Source: Vicugna vicugna (taxonomy: Eukaryota). From it: DNA of 64,000 nt. Numbering within the stretch: the stretch's first letter is position 1; each line of letters begins with the position of its first letter. The DNA lies in assembly GCA_013265495.1 (NCBI GenBank), contig MU058531.1:2914911-2978910 (forward strand), read 5' to 3'. The position numbers and the translations under genes were made by a program. The notes under the pieces are model-generated. The model had not been told where the DNA came from, searched no databases, and saw only the letters and a program-made list of their open reading frames with translations. Positions 25,792 to 39,450 of the stretch are shown in pieces.

Positions 25792-26621
25792 CTGCAAAGA
25801 AAAAACAAGAGATACCAGTCATTTACAAACATTCAGAGCGTGTATCATTCATTTGTTCATTTGAAGGCCATTTCCCTGAGGGCCAATGACGTGCCTGCAT
25901 TTTCCCTTCATCTGCCTAGGCTGGGGGTACCTGAATCAGTTTTCCAGACTGAACAGCCTGAAACGGTTTTCCCATCTCCAGATCTACAAGAAGTTGAGGG
26001 GTGAGGGACTCAAAACCACAGAAATGCTGGGACCTGCTGCCTCTCCCTCACCAACTCCTATGGACCAATGGACCAAGGATTCCCAGAATCTGCACATCTC
26101 CCCAGCCTGCTGCAGAAAGAAGCCAACAAAGGCAACTTCTGATCCTTAGGTATCCCATTTTATTGATGAGGATACTGAGACTTCAAGGAGTTAAGAAATA
26201 CATCTGACCTTAAACACAGCAATGGTGCCTGATATAAATCCAGAATTTCAGCTCTGAAGCCAGTGCTGCCTTTACACATGATGAGACCCCTAACCAGCTT
26301 AAAGATTAAGCTAGATGCCCTTCCACAGGCCCAGGACAAGATCATCAGTAGGTGAACACTTTCTAGGACCAGGAGAGACCTGGGTATTTCCTCTACTCCT
26401 GGCTCATTTTTTCTGAATATACAAGGTCTTCTTTCTTTGCGCCTGAGACTGAACAGCACACCCACCCGTATGAGTAAATGTTTATCCAGCTAGTGCTTAA
26501 AGTTTCCCTGGAGCAAAGTCCGAAGAGCAGGGGCTTCTATTGTGTCCCAAGTCCCCAGATACTTAACAAAACGAAAGCTAATGTTTGAGTACAAAATGCT
26601 TTATAAGCCTTAGCTCATCTA

Positions 26622-27582
26622 TTTTCAGGGGGGAAAAAACAACCTGTTTTGTTTTGTCTCCTTTACTATCACACCGAACACTCAACAGCACTGTGACACC
26701 AACACATCCACCTTGGGCAGGGAATGTTCCCCCACCAGGCAACTTTCCGCAACACCTGCTGGGTGTTCTACAGCTTAACTCAATTCTGACACTATCTACT
26801 TGGAGTTAGCATCTGATCCCACAGTTGAAGGGTGCAGTCCCACAAGACTCCCCTCAACCCCCACTTCAGACACCAGTAGCAAATCCAGGTTGTCACCTGT
26901 GCTTCTGACCAATTGGCTATAGATCTGAAGTTCCCATGACCCACTCCTTGCATTCAATGAGTTTGCTAGAACAGCTCACAGAATTCAGGAAAACAGTTAC
27001 TTCCATTCACCAATTTATTAAAGATATGATAAAGGATGCAGATGAATAGCCAGATGAAGAGATACACAGGGTGGGATCTGGGAGGGTCTTGAGCCCAGGA
27101 GCTTCTGTCTCCATGGAGCTGGGGTGTGTCACCCTCCTGGTATAGGAATGTGTTCACCCACCTGGAAGGCCTCCAACCCCATACTTGGGGGATTTTTATG
27201 GAGACTTCATTATGTGGTCATGATCAATTATTAACTCCATTTCCAGTCCCTCTCCTCACTCTAGAGAATTAGGGGGTGGGGATGAAAACATCAAACTTTC
27301 AATCATGGTTTGGTCTTTCTGGTGACCAACCCCCAGCCAGAAGCCCACCCAGAGCCACTTCATTAGAACAAAAGATGCTCCTAGTGCTCTTATCTCATAG
27401 GAATCAGAAGGATTTTAGGAGCCCGGTGTCAGGGACAGGGCCAAGGCAAATAGAACAAGAGATGCTGCTGGTAATCTTATCACGTAGGAAATGACAAGGG
27501 TCTCAGTAGCTCTGTGCCAGGAAAAAGGACTGGGGCTGAGTTGGGGGACATATCAATATGTATATTTTTTCCATTATCTCAT
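26622..27582 (-). mobile_element. MER21-family solo LTR
   Basis: caattctgacactatctac...agtcccacaagact...tttgctagaacagctcacagaa...tagaacaaaagatgctcctagtgctcttatc. Confidence 0.8.
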
Positions 27583-30389
27583 ATCATCTTATCTCCTTAA
27601 AAACCCTAGGGAGTATGTATAATTATTTCCATTCCCTTTCCAAAGCTAAGGAAACTGAGAAGTCAAGTGACATATTCAGAGTCACTCAGTTAGTAAGTGG
27701 GGCAGGGCTAGGCTTTGAGCCCAGGCAGTCTGAAGTTAGTGGCCATGCTTTGAACTACTCCTCAGCTCCCTCTCTTCTGTTGTGGAATGTAGGAGGTCGT
27801 GGGTTTTGTCCAGCGGAATGTCACACTGCTGAGCCTCCCTGCACATGGCCAGCTGTGGGACCAGCCACCTCATTCTTCCAAGACCTCAGCCTAGCAAAGC
27901 TGTGAGTCATCACCCTCACTCTGCTAAGCATTAACTTTTCCACTTGAGCCGCCTCCCAGAGCCAAACTGGCTTCCCTTTTTAAACTCCAGCACAACCCTA
28001 CTCATCGGCTCATGCCTGGACCTATCCTGGTGAGTTATGACACTGGTCTTTGCAGCCTACAGAGCTTCTCCCTGGATCTGATTCTGATGTCACCTAGAAG
28101 CAGTCCAGATTTCCCCTCCCACACTTCCATGTTGACCCCACTCACTCATCCCCTCATCTGACAGAAGCCGCCCAATTTTCCTTCCTGGTAACAGTACTAG
28201 AAAGTGTGGGAGAAAAAGAGGAGCCCTGTGAAGGATGTTGAAATGGCTGAAACTGGACAAAATTGCTTCTATCCACAACTGCGGCTGGTCCCTCTAAATA
28301 ACCACCTACAGGTGCCAGGCTGTGCATTCTGCAGCAGAGTCTCTAAATCCTCGTGACAACCCTGTAAGGTAAACATTCTCACCCCCATTTTACAAACAAG
28401 GAATTGAGAGAAGCTGGTTAATTTGTCTAAGGTCACCAAGCTAATAAGGAATCTCACCTATATCTCCCTGACTCCAAAACCTGACTGTGTGTTTGCTGCC
28501 ACACCAGTGCCTCATTGGAAGCCACAAGAAATGCTGAATAAAGAAGCTGCATAAATATAGTATGTGCGATGGGCTTGGCATCTCGGGCAATGGTCATCGG
28601 AAAAGCCCAAGGTCAGGTTTCAGGGTATCCTGAAAGTGTCTAAGACCATATACGCTCCGAGACACAAAGTATTTCATCTGGCGGTTCTTCTAGGGAGAGA
28701 GTTTATTGCTCTCATTGGATTCTCAACTGAGTTAGTGACCTTGACAAGCTTAGAAATTCCTGCCTTCGACAAGCATGAAAGGGTCCCATTAATCTCCCTG
28801 CAGCTCACCGCCACCCTTGCTGCCATCACCAGGGCTTGGGGTAGGGGAGGTGGGAGAAGGGGGTGGAGAATTGAGTCAGGAAGGAGTGAATCTGGACCCT
28901 GAGACCACAGCAGGACTTCAAGAGAGAAGATGGACAATTGCATGAGGTCCCAGCAAATAGATAAAGCAAGAAGAAGGAAGCAAATAATTTCTAGAAATTG
29001 GGCACAAGGCATGGGCTAGGACTGGGAGCACTGTAGGATGGTAGTGGAGCAAAATTCCAGTCTCCTCCAAGTCCCTAAGATTCCAGGCAGGGAGCTAAGG
29101 CAGAAACAAGGGCTCCAGGAAGGCTGTGGAAAGAGCGAGCACTTGCTCACTTGAATTGAGTCCCAAGCCTGGTTACTGACCTGGGAATCAGAATGAGAAG
29201 ATATGCTGTCAGGCTCTCTTGAGGCTGAGCTGGTACTACTGAGCCTCCCTCCCCCAGGAGGGACAGGACTGTTCTGGAGTCAGATGTTGAAAAGTGTGTA
29301 AAGGGTCCCTTGTTCATTCAGTCATTCTCACACATATATTAAGCACCTCCTATGCGCTAGCAACTGGGGGGTAAAAAGAGTGTAAGATAGCTTCTGGTCT
29401 TAAAACGTTCCATCAGTGTAGTTTATGGGCTATCGAATAGAGGACCAAACAAATCTTTCTGCATTTTTTCACCAAGTACAAGAAGCCTCCCCCTCCATGC
29501 TCTTTCCTGCTTTATTTTTATCTTGGAGTTCCCTCCCACAGGAGGGGGAATAATGGGAATGATGACTGGCCAGATCATGCCAAGGGATCCCTTTGTAGAT
29601 CAGCTCACAGAAATGATCCACCAAGTGAGTTCTTCCACAACATCAGTCAACTTCCTGATTCCTCCATCCAACAAATGTTTTTGAAATTCAGTTGCCAAGC
29701 ATTGAACTGGTCACCATTCAATGGGAGATACAAAGATACCCAAGACAGGGTTCCTGCCATCATTGATCCTGCAAGGAGGCAGATGTGGCCACGGTGACTG
29801 ATGTAAAAAGAAGGCTTCAGAGGGGTAACAGATGAAAATGCAAATTCAGAGGAAGGGGAGGTGACTAGGCTGGCGAACTACAGACCTCGCAGAGAAAAGC
29901 AGAGACCCAGCTGTGGATGGAAGGAATGGAAAATGTGGAACTGAGAAGAAAAGGTCACTCTAGATGGGGGCAACAGTGTGGGGGTGGTCAGCCACAGAGG
30001 AAGAGAGAACAGGTCATGTCTGGGGATACTGCACAGTCCAGTGAGCTGGAACCACAGGATCAAGGCAACAAGGATGTGTGGGAAGGTCATGGTCACATCG
30101 TGAAGCCCAGGCAAAGCTTCATGTAGCTGATACAAGCTACTTAAGAAGGAAGGTGTTAGAAACTGGACATTATAACTTTAAGAATTCATTATCCGCCGAG
30201 AAAACCAAGTTGCTCAATGATTCTCCTAAGCCATGCTCCTGAACACATGGTTCAGCTGTGTGTTGACAACAAAGCAGAGGGGATGAGTCCCTGCAGATGC
30301 CAGGCGTTGACCACAGACCTGGTGGGACTATTCAAGCGGAACTTCCTGCCCAGCCTGGGACTTGCACACAATGTTGATGCTGATGGCGC

Positions 30390-30408
30390 TACCCTCTAGG
30401 GGGCGCTC
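30390..30408 (+). promoter_or_regulatory. Candidate CTCF site (forward)
   Basis: TACCCTCTAGGGGGCGCTC closely matches the CTCF core CCACYAGGGGGCGC. Confidence 0.6.
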
Positions 30409-31321
30409 ACTTCAGCCATGTGCTAAATCTTCTACATACGTCATTTCGTTTAATTCTTCCAGCAAGCCTACGACGTAGGCACTGTTAATATCCTCAATTT
30501 GTAGATAAGCAAACCAAGCCCAGAATGGTTAGAGAACTTACCCAAGATCACAGAGCTAGGAAGAAACCTTCTAATTTAGGGCTAGTCCAGACTCTACCCT
30601 CCTCTGTCCCTAGCTAATAAGTATAGATTAAGAAGTTGGCATTAGTTCCTACCTCTGGAGAAACCCAGCTCAATTCCTTCCAAGAAGGAGGCTCTGATTT
30701 TTATCAAAATGTGTCCACATTACATTTTATTGAAACCCTGTTCTCACACATAAACATGTCAGCCAAAAAAACGTACACAAATTCGTGTCTTATCAGCAGC
30801 TACAGAGTTGCACTTTCAGATTATTCAATTATTCAATTCCTCCTCTTTAAAAAAAAAAACAGGTTTCAGTTGCAGGTGCTAAACATCAGATTAAATTACA
30901 GGAAACTCCTTCCCCTTCTCCACAACTCCTACCTCCCACGAGCCCCACCTCTAATGTTATGAAGATGAGTGTTAAATACTTTCAACCCAGAGTATAAAAC
31001 TGATTCAAATGCAGAATACACTCTGGACCACGACTCAAGGCATTCTTTGGGATATTTCCTGTTTTTTGATTACCTACGCCTGCTTCCCTCTCAGTTCTGT
31101 GAAGGTCACCTCTGCAGTAATTAACCTGCATGCCAACCTCCCAGTAAGGTTTCCTGAGAACTGAACAAGCACTCCTTGCCAACCCACCGCGCCCTCTTGC
31201 CACGGGACAATTTCCTTTGCTGTTCACCTACCAAACAGCATGCTGAATTCTTACTGAACAGGCAAGAGGGACACCATGACTTCTAAGACTGGATTGGTAC
31301 ATCTGTGCTGAGAGGACCAAG

Positions 31322-31725
31322 GTGATGGTTAATTCTGTGTCGACTTGTCTAGGCTATGGTGCCAGTTGTTTGGGCCAACACTAGTCTAGATGTTGCTGTG
31401 AGGGTATTTTATAGATGTGATTACCATTTACAATCAACTGTCTTGAAGTAAAACAGATTACTCCCCGTAAAGTGTGTGGGCCTCATCCAAGCAGTTGAAG
31501 GCCTTAAGAGGAAAAAACTGAGGTTTCCTGGAGGAGAAGGAACTCTACTCAAGACCGTACCAGAAATCCTGCCCACATTTCCAGCCTGCTGGCCTGCCCT
31601 ACAGATTTCAGACTTGCCAGCCCCTACAACTGCATGAGCCCTCTTCCCATCTCTGTCTCTGTCTCTCCATGTATATATACATATATCCTATTGGTTCTAG
31701 AGAAAGTGAACCAACCATTAATACC
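31322..31725 (+). mobile_element. ERVL solo LTR, MLT2 family
   Basis: tgatggttaattctgtgtcgacttg...gtgggcctcatccaagcagttgaaggccttaagag...cctattggttct. Confidence 0.85.
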
Positions 31726-34226
31726 AGGTGCTCTGGAAGTAGTAACATCTAGTATGGTAACACATTTTAAATTTTTCCAAAGGCACACCACCTCACTGAT
31801 CTTAACAATCCTGCAAGGAGAAGACAGGTGTTGGTCCAGCTCTTCCGAATGGACTTTCAAGTCAGTGAACTCTCTGTTTCTCTGAGCTGTTATCATCAGG
31901 GGGACATAAAGCTCAGCCACCGAGCTCAGAGTCCTTGTGGAGACTGGTGAATTTAGACTACATGATCTCTTAGTTTTCTTCCAGGTCCAGTAGAATATGT
32001 GCCTTACGAAGCCCCCCTAAGTCCTGACTGGTTAGATTGCTGTCTTACTTAAATGGCCCCAGGTGAAGTACAGGTGTTATTTACAAAGTTTCAGCTCTTT
32101 GTTAAACAAAGTGGATCATCCATGCATCTAAACTCAACCTCCTGTTCAGAAATTTTTCTGCATCTTCTCTGGGTGCTGAGTTATGCTGCCTTTGTTTTGA
32201 GAAACATTCACAGACATACAAAGTCATCCACTATCCAGCCTAAAATGTCACAGATCTCTCTGAAGCCCTTCCACACATGGCTAACAGCTATTAAGCACTC
32301 TCAACTAGTCACTGGTCCCAGTGCTTCCCATGGACTGTCTCATTTAATCTTCACCACAACCCTAAGAGGTCAATTCTGTTATTTTCATCTCCAGAGGCAG
32401 AAGAAACCAAGACACAGAGAGGGTAAGTAACTTATCAGAGGTCATACAGCTAGTGAGTGGTGGAGCAAGGATTCAAACTCTAGCAGACAGAGACACAGAG
32501 CAATTTCCAAAATTGGAAGATTAAGACCAGTGACTCCTTCAAGACTGGGACTGTATTTTATTACTACTGCTATTTCCCCCCGGGGTCATTAATCCATGAT
32601 TTGAGTGAACTGGACTTCATAAGCTCATGTAAGCATTATTACTAAAGTTGCTTGAATAATTAGGTAAGAGAATGAATACAAAGTGCTCAGCACAGGGCCT
32701 AGCATACAGTAAACCCTAAACCAATAGGAGCAATTATATTATCTCTTCTTACAGCACCTGAGCAGCACCCCTGGTGGACCCCAGGGGGTTTCCCAAGCTG
32801 TGGACAGGACCCCAGTGACTAAAGGAAGTGCCCAGTGGTGCTGGGCACAGCCCTGGTGGAGAAGGTCTCTCACTCACATGGCTCCATTCCAGAACTCCAA
32901 GACCTGCCCGAGGCAGCTGGCATGTGGGTAGTGCCTGCTCCTCCCTGGCAGTCAGCCTGGCAGCTACCGGCACCTGAAAGAACTTCCAAAGAACAGGGAG
33001 GCAGAGAAGGCTCCGGGAAGGGCCAACAGGAGACTCCTCCGCCCTCAGGTCTTGCCGGGACCCGGGGGAGCATGGGGACATATGGCCCATCCAGGTCGAC
33101 CTGGCTGAAGGAGTTATCTCTGACTTTTTGCTTCCCAACCCTGGCTGCCCTCTTGCTCCAGGAGATGTTGTCAAACGAGTTCCAGGGGAAAGGTGTTTCG
33201 GCCAAATGGCAACCATGACACAAAGCGAGGCTGTTTTGTCCATTTCTGAAACAGTCACTGATGTCGCTGATAAAAGGCCCAGACAGAAAGGCAGGCTGAG
33301 TTACTGCTCTGCTTTCGGCACCCGCCTGTGCCCCAGTGGCCTCAGGAGCTGCCCTTTCAGACACACACACTCTTGAATCAAAACCAAACCCTAAAAAACA
33401 AAAAAACAAAAAAACAAAAAAAGCAAAACCCTCAAGGGAGCTGTGGTGAAGCCCAGTCGATCTAAACGGCCCACACAGACTCTACTTCCTAAATGCTGAC
33501 CCTGGGGTGTGGTCATATTCCGGCTCTGCCAACTACCCAGGTTACAGGTAGAGGCAGCCCCAGTGGGCCAGGCACCTGGATCGGCTGCCCTGGTGGAGAA
33601 TTGAACCACGTGCCTCTTTATTTCCTTCATTTATTTCTGTGTGAGCATCCACCCTGTGCCGGGTACTTTAAACACATTTATATCTAATCCTTACACAAGG
33701 GAGGTACCAGAGTTCCCGTTCTGCAGATGAGGAAACTGAGGTTCAGGGATGTTAACTGACTTGCCAAGATCGCAGAGCTAGTAAGTGGCGGAGCTGTGCT
33801 TCAGCCCCAAGCCCACCTCCTTTCCAAACCTGTGCCCCTTACCACCGCCTCCAGCTGAGGGTGCTAGGCGACTTGCCACATCTCACCACTCACCGGCAGG
33901 TGACCTTGGGCACTTACTCCCACTTACTATACTGAGATTTCTGCATTAATAAATATGGGGACCTAATGCCCAGGAATAACAGCTACCAAATTTGGGATCA
34001 TAATACGCCAGGCACTCTTCTAAGGACTTTGTACGTTACCTGTTGCTATTACTAACCTTATTTAAGCACAATAGCACAATAAAATTAAGTAGTTTGTCCA
34101 GGCTCACCTGCTAGGAAGAAACAAAGCCAGAATCTCAATGCAGGTCTTCTGGCTCCTGAGACTCTTAACCTCCCACGCCTCCAGCTGGTATGTTTCTGAA
34201 ACGTAATATGCTAGAAGCTGAATTAA

Positions 34227-34672
34227 TGTTACTGAATGTGTGCCCAACGCACAGTGAGGCCAAACAAACTGAAACATCGGAGTTTGGGGCAGAAAGAGGT
34301 TTACTGCAGGGCTGAGCAAGCAGAAGGTGTGGCTCATGCCCAGAACTCCTGAACTCCCTTAAGGGTTTCAGCTGGGTTTTGTTTTTTGTTTAAGGCCAGC
34401 TGAGGGAGGGGCAACCCAGGGTTTGTGATCAGCTGTGCAGGATTCTCTGATGGGTTGATGGTGATCAATCAGGTGCCAGTAGGTCTGGGGGCTACAGTGC
34501 TCATGACCATCAAGTAGTTAATTTCTTCCATGTGGCGTGGTTTTTTAGCATCTGAAAAACTCAAGAAAGACACATGAGGTACTATTATCTGAGTACCTCA
34601 GAGAGGAGCTACAGCAGAGGATACAGGGAGGGGCCTGCCCCAGGAAGACCCCAAGGGTCCTTCTTGGTTACA
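34227..34672 (-). mobile_element. Solo ERV1-type LTR (446 bp) with 4-bp TSD TTAA
   Basis: Intact TG...CA termini (tgttac...gttaca); TTAA at 34223-34226 and 34673-34676. The reverse complement aligns by eye with the LTR at 14667. Confidence 0.85.
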
Positions 34673-37319
34673 TTAAGGCTGGTGCTTGGCAGATGCACTT
34701 GGGACCCAGACTGAGGAGATAAGCAGTTCCTAGAGTTTCAAGAGTCCCTTAAGGCCTCGATGTCCTGGAAAAAGGGGGTGAAAAAGCTGACCTCGCAGGG
34801 CTGCGATGAGGATCAAAAGAGAGAGCGCTTAAGTGCTGGGACATAAGGGACGCCCCTGTGCATAGGATTAGAATCAGAATCAGAAACAGCCTCCATCCAA
34901 CAATGTGCAGAGGGTCTAGTTCCTCTGCCCTCCTGACTCCAAGAACTAGTCTCAAGAGAAAACAGTCCCAGAAAAGAACTCTGGAAATAGGCACGAAGCA
35001 CTGAGTAGAAATCTTGGTAACTCCATCCTACCTCTCCTAGGCAACAATGTTAGCTGAATTACTCTCAGCCACAGATCCTGGTGTCCTATCATTAACAATC
35101 TCTTTAGATGGGATTTTTGCCATTGCCAGCAGTTTTGAACCCCTGTGCTCAGCCCTCCTTCCTATGCTGAGAATGGCTTTGGCCTCTGGGCTTTGGCCTC
35201 TGGGCTCTGGAGCAAGCTAGGAGGGGCAGTGGCTGCAGGTACGAGGGACAGCTAGGAGTGTCCGTGGACGGCAGTTTGTCCATGGGAGGGGATGGAGTGT
35301 AGATTTAACGCAAGAGAGATGCTAAGCACCAGGAAAGCCGGGCAGACAGGAAGCATCATGGGGCAAAAAAAGTCTCAGGACTGAGGTTCTAGTCCTTGTC
35401 TCTCCCTGGTCACCCAGCTTTGGGCACTCTTGTCCTCTCTGAGACTCAGTCACCTCATCTGAAAAATGAGTATAAACAGTACATGCCCTGGACACCTGCA
35501 AGAGTTGTGAACAAAGGCCATCCAGCCCAGGAAAGGGCCTTCTACACTGTAGGAGCCCTGGGAGGAGGCCCTTTCCTCAAGCCCTGTTACACACGGGAGG
35601 GCACTGTAACGTGTCCAGCACACTGGGACAAACCAGAGAGCATCTAGAGGACCAGACACGGTCTCTGAAGTCTGGATCAAAGGCACCACTGGCCCAGGCC
35701 CTGGCACTGGTCTGGCCAGAAGCCCTCAGGGCTGAATTTGCCCACAGACCCAGAGCCTGGATTGTTAGCCTTCGGGAGCTGAGCCCTGAACCCAGGTGCA
35801 CTAATTACCCCAGGGTGGGTGGGATGCAGGTAGTGCCGAGACCCAGCCTCACGGCACAGGGGTGTTACAGCCTCGGCTGCGGGCGTGTGTATTCCAGCTC
35901 CACCTGGAACCTGCTTTGGCAACCCACCCTCCCCAAGACTGGCCTCTTCAGCTATAAAATGAGGGACTTCCATTTTTTGCTGAGAATTAAATGAATGAAT
36001 ATATACGAAGCACTTAGTGCCATGCTTAATAGCTAGAAAGTGCGCGTCATCACTATAATCCACAAAGAATAATGCTTCCTTTCCAGGAGTTTAACCTCAT
36101 TTAACTCGGAATTCACTGATCCCTCACTGGATCGACAGCTATACTACACGCTGCACGCGGGCAGGGGCCACGACTGGCTTGTTCCCCACCTGACTTGCGG
36201 TGCTGAGCCCACGACCCGGCCAAGTACGCTCTCAGCCAACGTTTGTTGAATGAGTTCATGCTTAAGGGAGCAGTAGGAAGAAACAGCAGCTACAGAGAGG
36301 AGGGGGAGAGACAGGGACCGTCCAGGCAGGGAATTCAAACAGTGAAGAGAGATAAACAAAAAGGACATTTTTAATCTCTTAGTAATGAAAGAAAGATAAG
36401 GGAAAGTTTGGTGTTTTTTTTTTTAATTTATAAGCAGTGCCATTGGGATGAAAAGATGATGATGAACATAATGAACCAAAAAACTAAGGTGAGGTGAAGG
36501 GGAGTCTTATCCTGCCACTCAAGTATCAGGTTTTTTAATACTTTACATTTAACAACTAAGAGTTGTAGTCTCCACTCCTAAAACGGCTCCCACTTGATTA
36601 TCAGGGGAACTGATTCACTGCTAAGCTATGTCAACCCTGAGCTTCTGAGTCACAGCACTAAAGGCTTTCATTATCCCGTGGAAACTCACCCCAGGAAGGC
36701 TGGGGTTTGTTTTTCTTCTTTTTTTTAAAAAAGTTCTTTTGTTCGTGGTGCCCATTCTTCCTCTTTCAGACTGTGCCCAGGTGACCCCAGCACACTCAAC
36801 AACTCATTCCGTTCAGAGTGGGGAGGAAGTGCTCATAACTGACTTGGTTGCTTTAGGCAGACGTGTTTTATCTCTGTAGCCATGATGACCTCCAGGAAGA
36901 CACGCGGAGGCTCTAGAATCAGACAGTCCTGAGTTGAACCCTGACCTGTCTCTGCCTCAGTTTCGTCCTGGGTAAAATGAAGATCATAAGAATACCAACT
37001 TCCTAAAAATAACATGAGGGTTAAATCAGATAACACCATAGATGTGAACAGTGTGAGAATTTAGTAAATGGTGGTGGTATAGTATGGGGTTGTGACTCAC
37101 CAGGCCAGCATCTCCGGAAGGCCTGAGCAGCAGCAAACACTTAAAGCACTTTCTGCAGGCTTTCGTTTTACTCATGCTAATCTTGGCAATGACCCTCCGA
37201 GGTAGGGGCTCTTATTCCCTCCAGTCTACCGATGAGACAACAGCAGTAGAGAAATGCTGGGCAAAGGTGAATGAGAGGGCATCGTGGACCCTTACCACTC
37301 TGGCTATTCTCCTGCTCTC

Positions 37320-37525
37320 TGTGCTGTCCAGTACAGTCGTCAATAACCTCATGTGTCCATGTGTATTTAAATTAAATTAACTTAAATGATACAACTCAAT
37401 TCATCAAGTCACACTGGCTGCATTTCAGTGATCAGTATCCACATGTGGCTAGTGGCTAACATATGAGACAGGGCAGGTCTTGAACATCACGATCATCAAA
37501 GAAAGTTCTACTGGATGTCTCTGCT
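37320..37525. mobile_element. MER3-like hAT-Charlie relic
   Basis: gtgctgtccagta...ccacatgtggctagtggcta...gaaagttctactgga. Confidence 0.7.
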
Positions 37526-38769
37526 CTAAATAATCGAGCACACAGCAGGCACACAAATGACTGCTGAATGAAGTTAAAAAACAGTAAAATGATCTGTTTT
37601 ATTCTCACCAAATTAACTAGTATTTTTGGACAAAATATGAACCCCATCTAGACTTCTTTTCTAGGTTTGTAGCTTCACCTTCTACAAGGAGAGCATACAG
37701 GTCCTGCAATAATTGTCCTCATTCGATTTGCCAACTTCTTATTTCTTTGTTCCCTAGCCCAGCCTACTAATTTTTCACTTTGCAATGTGCAAAGAGCGCC
37801 AGGCTTCAAGAGGCGAGGTGGGGACAAACATCTATTTTTACTCCAGGCACCTTAAAAATACATCATCTCATTTGACTTTTACAACCTTCAAAGGTAGGTC
37901 TTATACCCACTTCACAGCTAGGAAAACTGAGGTTCAGAGAGGTTTCTCACCCTAAATTAGACCAAAGTCCTAATGCCGAGATCAGAGATGGGCTGGGGCT
38001 TCCCTGGCTTCTGGCTTCCGGCTTCCTTGGAGATGCAGCCTAATGAGTCCCAATCAGCATATGGAAACCCTGAAGTCCCAAATACTCAAGATCAGTTTTG
38101 TAGTTTATGGATCTGGTCCCATTTGGTCCTATGATCCCCCTGGCCTGTGAGACCTTGAACTCAATGAAGAAAGGAGTCAGAATCAATCATTCAATAATAC
38201 TTATTGGTCATTTACTATCTGCCAGGCATTAAGCTAGGTGCTGGAGAAAGAGACATGGTCCCTGCCCTCATGAAGCTTACTGCCTGATGGAGGAGGCAGA
38301 TAGAAATCAAATAACCCAGCAAATACACAGCTACATGTTCCGGTAGGTGCCACGAAGGAGTATAGGATGTTAGGGGAAAGAATTACAGGGCACCTGATCT
38401 AGGGCTACTCTGATCTCCCAGGATGTGCTGCTGGGTGACCTCTGGTTGCAGCCTTGACCTGGGAAGCCCAGGAACTTCAGGGTACCAAGGCTATTTCCCA
38501 TTTGCCTTCAGCTATTTCCCCTGCAGTACCAGGTCTTCAGGCTCCGAGCACGACCTTGGCGATGCAGATCTTACGAGGCCAGGGCTCCATTGGCCAAGAG
38601 GATTTCAGGCTGCTGCTGGGTCCCTGCCAGGCAGGCGTCCAGTCACAGGAGGGCTGCCTCCTTGCCGGCCACTGCAGCAGAATTACTGCAGTGATTCTCA
38701 ATTTGAGTTAATAAGGCAAGCGTGAGCTGAAAATCCAAGTCAGCAGAGAACTGCAAAGAATCTACTGTT

Positions 38770-39450
38770 CATACCTATTAAGATGACTATTATCCCCAAA
38801 CACATAAATGAACAATAAACACAGAAAACATTAAGTGGTGGTGAAGAAGTGGAGAAATTAGAACCGTCTGCACTGTGTAGCGACGATGGAAAACAGTATG
38901 GTGGTATCTCAAAAAATTAAACACAGAATTACCAAATGATCCAGCAATTCTACTTCTAGGCATAAACCTGAAAGAGTTGAAAGCGGCGACTCAAACAGTA
39001 CTTGTACACCCATGTTCACAGCATGATTCACAACAGCCAAAAAGGCAGAAGCAACTCCATCGACAGATAAGAATGGATAAACAAGAGATGGTGTAGACAC
39101 GCAATGGAATATTATGAAAAGGAAGGGAATTCTGACACATACTACAACATGGATGAACCTTGAAGACATTGTGCCAATCACAAAAGCCAGTCACAAAAGG
39201 AAAAGTATTACCTGACTCCACTGATAGGAGGTACTTCGAGTAATCAAATTCATAGAGCCAGAAAGTAGAATGATAGTTGCCAGGGGCTGGGGAGGGAGGG
39301 CAGTGGGAAATTATTATTTAATGGACACAAAGTTTTAGTTTGGGAAGATGAAAAAGTAAACAATGTAAAGTTACTTAATGCCACTAAGCTGTACACTTAA
39401 AAATGGTTAAAATGGTAAATTTTATGCTATGTATATCTGAACACAATTTT
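38770..39450 (+). mobile_element. L1MB-type 3' fragment
   Basis: cagcaattctacttctagg...atggatgaaccttgaagacatt...tgtacacttaaaaatggttaaaatggtaaattttatg. Confidence 0.85.

Noticed and set aside
27364..27525. Imperfect ~86-bp direct repeat (tagaacaa.agatgct...)
   Set aside because: It is diverged and lies inside the MER21 LTR; most likely part of the element's own structure.
32749..33409. 169-179 aa ORFs in MYOF intron 1
   Set aside because: Overlapping frames on both strands in GC-rich DNA, with no recognisable homology or convincing exon structure.
34223..34676. piggyBac element, suggested by the TTAA target duplication
   Set aside because: The termini are TG...CA rather than CCC...GGG, and the body is homologous to the LTR at 14667, which has a different 4-bp TSD.
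35178..35205. 14-bp tandem repeat TTTGGCCTCTGGGC x2
   Set aside because: Ordinary slippage micro-duplication with no wider structure.
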